Source: Bdellovibrio sp. (lineage in GTDB: Bacteria > Bdellovibrionota > Bdellovibrionia > Bdellovibrionales > Bdellovibrionaceae). Taken from it: DNA of 64,000 nucleotides. The notes below the pieces were generated by a model, which was given only the letters and a program-made list of their open reading frames with translations, was not told where the DNA came from and did not search any database. The stretch spans positions 2,464,001 through 2,528,000 of the forward strand of contig JAKFCY010000002.1 of assembly GCA_036676395.1 (NCBI GenBank), given 5' to 3'. Below, piece by piece: positions 1 to 8,372 of this stretch; the stretch's first letter is position 1, and the number at the start of each line of letters is the position of its first letter. The position numbers were made by a program, and so were the translations under genes.

Positions 1-222
1 GATATTAAATTACGCGGCATGAGTGATTTCGGCGCCACCATCGTGCAAAATCTGCGTCGTATGGTAACAAATTCTGGCGATTTACAAATGACAGCTGGCA
101 GTGTTATTGCCAATGTCACTGTCAGCGGCACACCTGCGGTGTTACGTGGTCGTTTGATTTCATCAGCCGGAGTTACCTCTGGTACAAACTTTATTTTAAA
201 AGCAGCAATCCGTATCAAGTAG
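1..222 (+). CDS. 3' end of a gene truncated by the window edge; beta-rich C-terminus, possibly another fibre/adhesin
   Basis: Frame is open from base 1 (DIKLRGMSDF...) to TAG at 220-222; lies upstream of fibre genes on the same strand. Confidence 0.55.
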   Translation, partial: DIKLRGMSDFGATIVQNLRRMVTNSGDLQMTAGSVIANVTVSGTPAVLRGRLISSAGVTSGTNFILKAAIRIK

Positions 223-269
223 TTGTTAAGAAATTCTCAAATGAATACATTTTTCTTCGAGTAAGGTGT

Positions 270-296
270 TAAACTTTTCGTCTAAAATTCCGATAA
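270..296 (+). promoter_or_regulatory. sigma28 (FliA)-type promoter of fibre gene 1
   Basis: TAAA(270-273)-N15-TCCGATAA(289-296) matches TAAA-N15-GCCGATAA. Confidence 0.7.
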
Positions 297-305
297 ATAC
301 TATGA

Positions 306-3300
306 ATGAACCAGCACGTTGGTAAAAGCAATTTTATTAGAAAATTCACGGCGATAGCATTGTCTTTGCTGTTCTGTAAGCCCACGTTCGCACAGTCTGT
401 AGAAAACCAACAAATTGTTTTTGAAGGAAGCCTAACAGACTCTGGCGGAAACTCAATAGATCTAGCTGGAGCTCAATTAACTTTTTACGTGTCGGCCAAC
501 GGCTGTTACTTATACGGTGAAACTTCATCAGCCAGTGGCGATAGCCAAGGTAACATCGTTCACCGCATTGGCGGAGGGTCACAGGTTGCAGGTTCACCGA
601 ACAGTTTTACCCAAAATATTTTTTTCGGAACAGTTACAGGATCAACAAGTTTTGCCAGCAACAACTGTACAGTTCTTCCTGGGGATACACGCCTTGCTCA
701 GGTTTATTATGCCGCACAAAATATTTCAGCGACAATTAAACTTGGAACTGTTCCTTACGCTCACAATGCCACAATGTTAAATGGTAAAAATGCAGCTGAC
801 TTTGTCGAAGTTTCTAACGACAGCAATACACTTTTATATAGCGGTACTGCTGGACAATTTTTATCAAAATCAGCCTCAGGTAGTTTAACTTGGACAAATT
901 CAAGTATGACAGCTGCTGAAATTTCAACAACACTTGGAACATTACCGGCGGCAAACTTACCCAGTTTTTCTGGCGATATTTCAACAGCTGCAGGTTCTGC
1001 ATCGGCAATCGTGCAAGGACTTCGCGGAGTAACTCTTGCTGCAACGGCGCCTGTATCGGGACAAATTCTTTATTACAATGGTGTTGCATGGTCACCAATG
1101 ACGATTCCCGCAAATGTCGGAACAGTAACAGCTGTATCAAGTGCAAATTCAGATATCAGTGTAGTCTCTGGTTCAAGCTCGCCAATTCTAACTTTAAATT
1201 CTGGTGCCGGAGCTAACCAAATCGTTAAGCTTGATGCTTCTGCTCGTCTACCTTCAGTAGATGCCAGCCAATTAATAGCGATCAATGCGGCAAATATCAC
1301 TTCAGGTACTTTGCCAACAGGTCGCTTACCGTCTTTCAGTGGTGATGTGACTACGGTGACGGGCTCAAGCACGGTGACTGTGACTAAACTTCGCGGCTTT
1401 AATATTTCTGCGACAGCACCATCAGCAAATCAGGTTCTGGCCTTCATGGGTGGAAATTGGACTCCTGCAAATGCGCCTACAGGAAGTGTGACGACTGTCA
1501 TGGCTGGAACTGGTTTATCCGGCGGACCAATCACTTCTTCTGGAACTTTATCAGTAAATTTTGGCACATCCTCTGGAACAGTGGCTGCGGGCAATGACAC
1601 GCGCCTTGTGCAGGCTTTGCAATCAATAAATAATTTATCTGACGTTGCCAATGTTATTACAGCTCGCACGAATTTAGGTTTAGGAGGTTTTGCTACGGCA
1701 AACACTGTAGATTTAGGTTCGGCAAGTGCTACCGGAATATTAGCTAATGCAAGATTACCCGCTTTCACAGGTGATGTGGTAAGTACTGCATCTTCAAATA
1801 CACTGACGGTAACTAAACTTCGTGGAGTCACTATTTCTGCAACGCTACCGACATCATCACAGGTGCTTGCTTACAATGGTTCACAATGGGTACCAACCAA
1901 TTCCACAGTAGGAACAGTCACAAATGTTAATGCCGGTACTGGTTTACTTGGTGGAGTGATTTCTACTTCAGGAACAATATCTGTAAATTTTGGCACAGGC
2001 TCTGGCACTGTAGCTCAGGGTAACGATGCTCGCATTGTGCAAGCTCTACAATCAGCAAATAATTTATCTGATGTGACCTCAAGCGGATCAGCTCGGGCTA
2101 ATTTAGGTTTAGGAACATTAGCTACAAAAAATTCTGTGAATTTAGCAACGGCTGAAGTTACCGGAGTTTTACCTTTAGCTAATGGCGGCTCACCTTGGTT
2201 AACGCATGCAAATGGTTATTACACTGTAAGTAATACCGCGATCGGGACTTCTGCAGTTTTAACGAATATTAAATTATCAGTTGAAGGCAATACACCTTCG
2301 CAAGTCGCTAAATTTAATAATACGGCAACTAACGGCTATGGCGTAAGAATTGATGTGGCTGGTTCGAGCCCTGCACAATATGCGCTGAATGTGAATAATG
2401 CTTCTGGCTCTATATTAATGGTGCAAAACGATGGTTACATCGGTATCGGAACATTATCGCCGACTGCAGGTTTAAATTTAGTAAATGACAATGGTCCTGC
2501 AACAAAAGATGACATTCAGATCAATACATATGGCAGCAACACGCCAGCGCTCGCACTTCAAAAAGCAAAAGGAAATGCGGGAGCTCCGACTCCCCTGCTG
2601 GCGAATGAAAATATCGGAAATCTAAGATGGGATGGCTACACGGGATCTGCTTACGCCAATCTTGTCGCCGTGAGTGGCTATGCAGAAACAAATCTTGGCA
2701 CAGCAATTAATAGTTATTTAACTATTAGCACAAATTCTAACGGCACGATGGCCGAACGGGTCCGAGTGAGTTCTAACGGTAATGTAGGTATTGGCACTAG
2801 TAACCCAACTAGTAGATTGCAAGTTAGTAATGATGATTACGCGACGATTAGTTCAAATGCATATAGTTCTGCTAATTCATATGTTGCCGGAGGCTTTGCT
2901 GGATTCAGAGCCAGAGGCACAGCTTCGTTGCCTTCGTTTCCGCTCGGTGGCGATCGCTTGGCCTATTTCAATGCATCAAATGGCGTTAACCCTGTCGGAT
3001 ACAGCGGCATCGAGATCTTTAGTACAGAAACGCACTCTGATAGCAATCAAGGTTCAGAAATTCGATTAGTTACAGTTCCCAATGCCACGACGACTGGACA
3101 AGTGCGGATGACTGTCACAAATAATGGTAACATCGGAATCGGCACTCCTACTCCACAAGCTAAACTTCATGTTGCCGGCGCCATTGTCAGCAAACCGCAA
3201 ATCATAGCCACTGGCAGCGTACTTGATTTATCACTTTCGAATATGTTTATTTTAAATTCTGTCGGTGGCAGTGCAATCACACTTAATAATATTGTTGAGG

Positions 3301-3491
3301 GTGGTACCTACACAGTTATCGTGACTGACCCTGCGGCGCGCGCTTATACATTTACAGGATGTACGACTTCTTATTATGCTCCGGCGAATTCACTGACAGT
3401 AGCAGGCACCAGAACGATGTTTGGTGTTGTCACTGTGAAAAATGGCGCTAACTGGGATTGTTACATTAGCTGGACACCAGGCTATCAATAA
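306..3491 (+). CDS. Secreted phage-tail-fibre-like adhesin (Bdellovibrio MAT-like), 1061 aa
   Basis: Signal peptide; N-domain ending TVPYAHNA; repeated LPSFSGDV..LRG..GQVL.Y.G..W.P, NNLSDV..AR.NLGLG and GNxGIGT..P fibre motifs. Confidence 0.8.
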   Translation: MNQHVGKSNFIRKFTAIALSLLFCKPTFAQSVENQQIVFEGSLTDSGGNSIDLAGAQLTFYVSANGCYLYGETSSASGDSQGNIVHRIGGGSQVAGSPNSFTQNIFFGTVTGSTSFASNNCTVLPGDTRLAQVYYAAQNISATIKLGTVPYAHNATMLNGKNAADFVEVSNDSNTLLYSGTAGQFLSKSASGSLTWTNSSMTAAEISTTLGTLPAANLPSFSGDISTAAGSASAIVQGLRGVTLAATAPVSGQILYYNGVAWSPMTIPANVGTVTAVSSANSDISVVSGSSSPILTLNSGAGANQIVKLDASARLPSVDASQLIAINAANITSGTLPTGRLPSFSGDVTTVTGSSTVTVTKLRGFNISATAPSANQVLAFMGGNWTPANAPTGSVTTVMAGTGLSGGPITSSGTLSVNFGTSSGTVAAGNDTRLVQALQSINNLSDVANVITARTNLGLGGFATANTVDLGSASATGILANARLPAFTGDVVSTASSNTLTVTKLRGVTISATLPTSSQVLAYNGSQWVPTNSTVGTVTNVNAGTGLLGGVISTSGTISVNFGTGSGTVAQGNDARIVQALQSANNLSDVTSSGSARANLGLGTLATKNSVNLATAEVTGVLPLANGGSPWLTHANGYYTVSNTAIGTSAVLTNIKLSVEGNTPSQVAKFNNTATNGYGVRIDVAGSSPAQYALNVNNASGSILMVQNDGYIGIGTLSPTAGLNLVNDNGPATKDDIQINTYGSNTPALALQKAKGNAGAPTPLLANENIGNLRWDGYTGSAYANLVAVSGYAETNLGTAINSYLTISTNSNGTMAERVRVSSNGNVGIGTSNPTSRLQVSNDDYATISSNAYSSANSYVAGGFAGFRARGTASLPSFPLGGDRLAYFNASNGVNPVGYSGIEIFSTETHSDSNQGSEIRLVTVPNATTTGQVRMTVTNNGNIGIGTPTPQAKLHVAGAIVSKPQIIATGSVLDLSLSNMFILNSVGGSAITLNNIVEGGTYTVIVTDPAARAYTFTGCTTSYYAPANSLTVAGTRTMFGVVTVKNGANWDCYISWTPGYQ

Positions 3492-3493
3492 TT

Positions 3494-4687
3494 ATGAACT
3501 GGAAAACCTCTTTTCATTTTTTAACTGCCACGCTGATCATGCTAGTGAGTCAATTTACTTTCGCCTCGCCAGCAGGCATGCATAACTCGCATCACATCGG
3601 AAAAACAAAAGTTACTAGTTATATGTCGCCCAGTGGTTTATACACCTGTAGTCTGAATGAATTCGGTTGGGCCTACTGTTGGGGTTCTAATTCAGCAGGA
3701 CAAATTGGTAACAACACGACGAGTGGAAGTGTTAGACCAATACCTATTCGCTCGGGCTTTATTCAATTAGATACTGCCCGGTCTGCCGCTGGAAGTTCGT
3801 ACGGAACAACTTATGGAATTACCCTGACCGGCGTGCTGATGAGCTGGGGCGATAACATTTACGGAAAACTCGGAACCGGCGATAGTAGCGGCGGCGCAAG
3901 CTTTACTCCGCAAGTGATCGATCCCACTACGCGCTATAAATTTGTAAAATCTCAGTACCGCCACACTTGCGCCATCACTAAAGACAATGCACTCAGATGT
4001 TGGGGATATAATTTAGATGGCAATTTAGGTGATGGAACTACGGCGCAAAAAAATTCTCCAATCACCATTGATTCAGGTGTTAGTTATAAGACTGTGGCTG
4101 TCGGTGCATTTCATACCTGTGGGATAACAACTGGTCACATTTTAAAATGTTGGGGCCTGAACGACAATAGCCAATTAGGTGATGGCACCTTCACGCAAAG
4201 ATTTTTACCAGTTACGATCGATAGCGGAACCACTTATGCCTCGGTGTCATTGGGGCTTTACCATAGTTGCGCTATTACTATGGCCGGCGTTTTAAAATGC
4301 TGGGGAACTGATGGCAACGGACAACTGGGCGACGGCGGAATATCCAGTACAAGAAGTGTTCCCTACATTATTGATGCAGGCATAACCTATAGCACAGTTT
4401 CTGTCGCTGATGACTCGAGCTGCGCAATTACAACAACTGGTGTATTAAAATGCTGGGGAGAAAACACGAACGGACAATTAGGCGACAACTCAACGACAGG
4501 CCGGATTTCTCCGGTGATCATTGATTCTGGCACGACTTACATTTCTGTTTCTGCTGGTGGCCCTCATACTTGCGGTATTACTACAGCAAAAACGATGAAG
4601 TGCTGGGGCTCAAATAATAATGGTCAACTTGGTATTGGTATTTTCTCAGGAACTTACAGCACGCCACAAATTGTAGTGCCACCTTAA
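3494..4687 (+). CDS. Secreted RCC1-repeat beta-propeller protein
   Basis: About 7 repeats of HTCxIT..G.LKCWG.N..GQLGDG; signal peptide. Confidence 0.9.
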   Translation: MNWKTSFHFLTATLIMLVSQFTFASPAGMHNSHHIGKTKVTSYMSPSGLYTCSLNEFGWAYCWGSNSAGQIGNNTTSGSVRPIPIRSGFIQLDTARSAAGSSYGTTYGITLTGVLMSWGDNIYGKLGTGDSSGGASFTPQVIDPTTRYKFVKSQYRHTCAITKDNALRCWGYNLDGNLGDGTTAQKNSPITIDSGVSYKTVAVGAFHTCGITTGHILKCWGLNDNSQLGDGTFTQRFLPVTIDSGTTYASVSLGLYHSCAITMAGVLKCWGTDGNGQLGDGGISSTRSVPYIIDAGITYSTVSVADDSSCAITTTGVLKCWGENTNGQLGDNSTTGRISPVIIDSGTTYISVSAGGPHTCGITTAKTMKCWGSNNNGQLGIGIFSGTYSTPQIVVPP

Positions 4688-4724
4688 AACATCTCAAAAT
4701 GAAGCATGTAACAGACTTTAGTGC

Positions 4725-4752
4725 TAAACCTTCATCTGGTTTTTACCGATAA
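4725..4752 (+). promoter_or_regulatory. sigma28-type promoter of fibre gene 2
   Basis: TAAA(4725-4728)-N16-ACCGATAA(4745-4752). Confidence 0.6.
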
Positions 4753-4760
4753 GTTATTGA

Positions 4761-6815
4761 ATGAACGTCGGCGGTAATATCACTCATTTGCTTAGTCACT
4801 TTATAGCGATAGCTTTTTCTTTGCTGTTGGCTTTACCGTCATTTGCGCAATCATCTGAAAATCAACAAATCGTTTTTGAAGGTTCATTAACTGATAGCGG
4901 TGGCAATCCCATTGATTTATCAGGTGCTTCTTTAGTTTTTTATATTTCAGCGAATGGCTGTTACCTTTACGGCGAATCAACGGCAGTTGCTGGCGACAGC
5001 CAAGGCAACATCAATCACCGCATTGGCAGTTCGTCTTTGATTCCCGGTTCACCAAATGGTTTTACGCAAAATTTATTTTTTGGTTTTGTTTCTGGCACAA
5101 CGACATTTGCCGGAAACGATTGTTCGGTGACACCTTCAGACACTCGCTTAGCTCAAGTTTATTACGCCGCAGAAAGCCTTACGGCATCAATCAAACTAGG
5201 CACTGTGCCTTATGCTCACAACGCCACTATGCTTAACGGAAAAGTAGCGGCAGATTTTATCGAAGCATCGAATGATTCAGTGATGATATTTTACGGCGGC
5301 AGTAACGGACAAATTTTATCAAAGAGCGCTTCAGGTTTAACTTGGGTTAATCCAAGCGCTCCTGCTGTAACTTCTTCTTCAATTACCACAGCTTTAGGTT
5401 ATACACCGGCAAATAAATCGAATAACTTATCTGATTTAACTTCTGCGACGGCAGCGCGTGCAAATTTAGGTTTAGGAATAATAGCTACAAAAAATTCTGT
5501 AAATTTAGCCACGACTGATGTCACCGGAATATTATCAGCTTCAAGTCTTCCAAGTTTTTCGGGTGATGTTTCTACCACCGCAGGTTCGTCAACGACGACG
5601 CTTCAAAAAATTCGCGGCATTGCTTTGTCTGCAACAGCTCCGGTGTCTGGACAAATTCTTTATTACGATGGTTCAAGCTGGGGACCAATGACTGTTTCTG
5701 CCCCCAGCAGTGATTCTAAATGGGTAACTGGTGTGGGTGGAATTTACACAACCAGTAATACAACGGTAGGCTCATCGACGACTTATTCTAATGTAGGTTT
5801 GACTGCATTTGCTCCAGCTTCAGTTTCGAACTCAATCATCGCTTCATTTAACAACACAAATTCAGATGGGTTTGGATTAAAAGTAAATGTTGATAACAGT
5901 AGCCCGTCTCAGTACGGTTTAAAAGTTTCTTCTTATGGCGCTACTACATTCGTAGTTCGTAACGATGGCAATATCGGAATCGGACTAGGTTCTCCAACGG
6001 CTCGATTACATCTTGCAGCTGGAACTTCTGCCTTAGCTCCTTTACGAGTTTCGAGTGGCACCTTACAATCAACACCGACAGCTGGTGCGATCGAATATGA
6101 TGGCAGCCGTTTATACTTAACCAACCAAGCAAATCTGCGCCAAACAATTCCTATGGGAAATAACGCAAATTCTATTGATAACATCACGCACTTCAATTCA
6201 CCGGCTGATATTAATTTAGTCCCGAATACAGGAAACGCAGTTCGTGTTGCCGGAAGCTTTATCGTTAGTAGTACTATAAACAATGAAATCGCTCGATTTG
6301 AAAGCCCAAACAACCAGTACATGACTTTTGTAAAAGGTGGCGGCGAAGTGGCTAATTTAGGTTTAGGTACTGCAGGTTTTATGGGGGCAAATACAATTAC
6401 TGATGCCATGGTGTTGAACGCAGTAAATGGTGTGCAACTTGGAACAGGCACTGGAGCGCACTTAACTGTAACACCAAGTGGACAAGTCGGTATCGGCACC
6501 ACTACACCAACTACGGCACTGACCGTGAACGGCTCAATTCGCACGACAGCAGGCGGTTATGAGTATGCCGACGGCACTTCACAAACGACGTCTGCGTTTG
6601 GTGGTTACGAACGAATAAGTGCCGCATGCACGCTAACCGCTTCATGTAGCGCCACTTGTTCTGCTGGAAAAAAAATAATCGGTGGCGGATGCGACGCGGG
6701 TGCCAGCGCGAGTAATTTAAAATCGTCTTATCCTCTTAACGATAATCAATGGCAATGCAACTGGACTTCAAGTATTACCGCAGGCGCGGTCTGGGCAATT
6801 TGCACAAAAATGTAA
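4761..6815 (+). CDS. Second MAT-like fibre adhesin, paralogue of 306..3491, 684 aa
   Basis: N-domain near-identical to fibre 1 (QQIVFEGSLTDSGGN..SANGCYLYGE..GDSQGNI.HRIG..TVPYAHNATMLNG); GxxGIG repeats; different Cys-rich C-terminal tip. Confidence 0.8.
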   Translation: MNVGGNITHLLSHFIAIAFSLLLALPSFAQSSENQQIVFEGSLTDSGGNPIDLSGASLVFYISANGCYLYGESTAVAGDSQGNINHRIGSSSLIPGSPNGFTQNLFFGFVSGTTTFAGNDCSVTPSDTRLAQVYYAAESLTASIKLGTVPYAHNATMLNGKVAADFIEASNDSVMIFYGGSNGQILSKSASGLTWVNPSAPAVTSSSITTALGYTPANKSNNLSDLTSATAARANLGLGIIATKNSVNLATTDVTGILSASSLPSFSGDVSTTAGSSTTTLQKIRGIALSATAPVSGQILYYDGSSWGPMTVSAPSSDSKWVTGVGGIYTTSNTTVGSSTTYSNVGLTAFAPASVSNSIIASFNNTNSDGFGLKVNVDNSSPSQYGLKVSSYGATTFVVRNDGNIGIGLGSPTARLHLAAGTSALAPLRVSSGTLQSTPTAGAIEYDGSRLYLTNQANLRQTIPMGNNANSIDNITHFNSPADINLVPNTGNAVRVAGSFIVSSTINNEIARFESPNNQYMTFVKGGGEVANLGLGTAGFMGANTITDAMVLNAVNGVQLGTGTGAHLTVTPSGQVGIGTTTPTTALTVNGSIRTTAGGYEYADGTSQTTSAFGGYERISAACTLTASCSATCSAGKKIIGGGCDAGASASNLKSSYPLNDNQWQCNWTSSITAGAVWAICTKM

Positions 6816-7577
6816 TTAAAGAACGATGTCTAATTTCTTGGTCGTTAATTTTACTTCATCACGAGTAATATCAACAATCAGCGGAGAAATAATTAACCCT
6901 TCTTTGGCAGCTTTTTTTAAAAGCTTCACATATTCAGGGTCTAAATCGCAGGGCGAAAAAAAATCCACGTCATTACGTTGAACGGCAAAAATTAATTCGC
7001 ACTTATGCCCTTGTTGCATCAGGTGCATCATCTCTTGCACATGCTTTTGCCCACGTTCAGTGACCGCATCAGGAAATTGCGCGTGCTGTTTTTTTTCAAT
7101 TTTAGATCTAAAAGTTGTGTTTTTAATTTCGATAAAATGTTTTTTCGCTTTGGGATTATCTAAATCAATTTGTTTAAATAAAAATACTCCGTCTAAACGG
7201 GTTTCTTTTGAAATTTTATATTCTGGTTTATAAAAACTGTATTCAGACCACTCTTTTAAAAATGGCTGACCAGATTCGATGGCATTCTGAATAGCTTCAG
7301 TTACAACACGGTTTGGATTCGAAGTATTCACTCCGACCCATGCGCCTTCTTCAGTTTGCACGGCTTCAAGTGTGCCTTTTAATTTTTTTGTCGCATCACC
7401 GTGAAGCGAAAACCAACATTTCTGTGGTTGCGAAGGATTTTTTTCAATCACCGCTTTTAATGAACCCGTGTTCGGCACGTGGATGGTGAATTTTTCTCCG
7501 TCTAATTCTACATCTGCAAAAAATCTTTTGTAGCGCGAGTGTAAAATGCCTTCGTGTAATTTTTTTTCGAATTTCAT
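6816..7577 (-). CDS. sfsA: DNA/RNA nuclease SfsA (sugar fermentation stimulation protein)
   Basis: RYKRFFADV, HVPNTGS, RLD, EIK and FPDAVTERGQKH motifs; ATG at 7577 preferred over TTG at 7613. Confidence 0.9.
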   Translation of the reverse strand: MKFEKKLHEGILHSRYKRFFADVELDGEKFTIHVPNTGSLKAVIEKNPSQPQKCWFSLHGDATKKLKGTLEAVQTEEGAWVGVNTSNPNRVVTEAIQNAIESGQPFLKEWSEYSFYKPEYKISKETRLDGVFLFKQIDLDNPKAKKHFIEIKNTTFRSKIEKKQHAQFPDAVTERGQKHVQEMMHLMQQGHKCELIFAVQRNDVDFFSPCDLDPEYVKLLKKAAKEGLIISPLIVDITRDEVKLTTKKLDIVL

Positions 7578-7584
7578 GCGGTCA

Positions 7585-7629
7585 ACTGTTCCATACGCTT
7601 GGAACAGTGTCAATTCAGCCTTGGAACAG
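7585..7629. promoter_or_regulatory. Palindromic operator-like box TGTTCCA-N6-TGGAACA plus a third half-site
   Basis: ACTGTTCCA(7585-7593) TACGCT TGGAACAGT(7600-7608); extra CTTGGAACAG at 7620-7629; same core at 34596. Confidence 0.6.
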
Positions 7630-7719
7630 CTGGCCGACCTTTTGCTCTAATGACCCACGTACAGAATAACGAAACAAATGACACCAGTTGATGGTGGCAT
7701 AAATATATAAGGGGAATTT

Positions 7720-8310
7720 ATGAAAACTTTACTTTTAGCAATCATGTTAGTAGCCGGCGTAGCACAAGCTCAGCACTTAGTTCCAGGCAATGGCAATGGT
7801 CATGGCCCAGGTTCTGGCAACGGTGGTCATCACGGCGGTAACGGCGGACATCACGTTCCAGGCAATGGCAATGGTCATGGCCCAGGTTCTGGTAACAATC
7901 CATACGAGCCGGGTTACCCAAGCAATCCTTATGAACCAGGTTACCCTTCTTACCCAGGATATTCTGATTACGGTCCGGCACGCACTTACCGTTGGTTAGA
8001 TATGGGAACAACTAAAGTAGAAAAATTTTCAAACGAAACTATTCATTTACGCGTTGGTCACCGTTTAGTGAATGAAGTTTTATTGCGCTCTTCACAAGCT
8101 GACACCCAAATCATTCGTGCCTACGCTCGCTTATCAAACGGCCGCACAACAAACATCACGACTGGTATCGTAAGAGAAGGCCAAGAAGTGCGTGTACGTT
8201 TAGACTACCAATATTCAGTACGTGTTGAATCAATTGAACTTGTAGCCACGTCGCAAAACCTTATCGGTTCACGCGCTCGTTTACAAATTTTCTTAGGATT
8301 AGCTGAGTAA
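7720..8310 (+). CDS. Secreted protein with Gly/His/Asn and PGYP low-complexity repeats and a C-terminal beta-sandwich-like domain
   Basis: SD AAGGGG; signal peptide MKTLLLAIMLVAGVAQA; VPGNGNGHGPGSGN x2; NPYEPGYPS x2. Confidence 0.75.
   Translation: MKTLLLAIMLVAGVAQAQHLVPGNGNGHGPGSGNGGHHGGNGGHHVPGNGNGHGPGSGNNPYEPGYPSNPYEPGYPSYPGYSDYGPARTYRWLDMGTTKVEKFSNETIHLRVGHRLVNEVLLRSSQADTQIIRAYARLSNGRTTNITTGIVREGQEVRVRLDYQYSVRVESIELVATSQNLIGSRARLQIFLGLAE
7780..7892 (+). repeat. Exact 38-bp intragenic direct repeat (75-bp period)
   Basis: GTTCCAGGCAATGGCAATGGTCATGGCCCAGGTTCTGG at 7780-7817 and 7855-7892. Confidence 0.9.
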
Positions 8311-8339
8311 TTAGTTTTTAGAACCTAGAACACACCATT

Positions 8340-8372
8340 AAGCCCTGATCGAAAGATCGGGGCTTTTTTTTT
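8340..8372 (+). terminator. Intrinsic terminator between convergent genes
   Basis: AAGCCCTGATC-GAAA-GATCGGGGCTT followed by a T-run. Confidence 0.85.

Noticed and set aside
346..6544. Antisense and alternate-frame ORFs inside the fibre and RCC1 genes (e.g. 1430..1831, 5933..6544)
   Set aside because: Shadow ORFs of long repetitive genes; no motifs or RBS.
306..6815. Prophage tail region
   Set aside because: The fibres have signal peptides and host sigma28-type promoters; no capsid, terminase or integrase genes.
7780..7960. CRISPR-like direct repeats
   Set aside because: Only two copies, in frame within a coding region; no cas genes.
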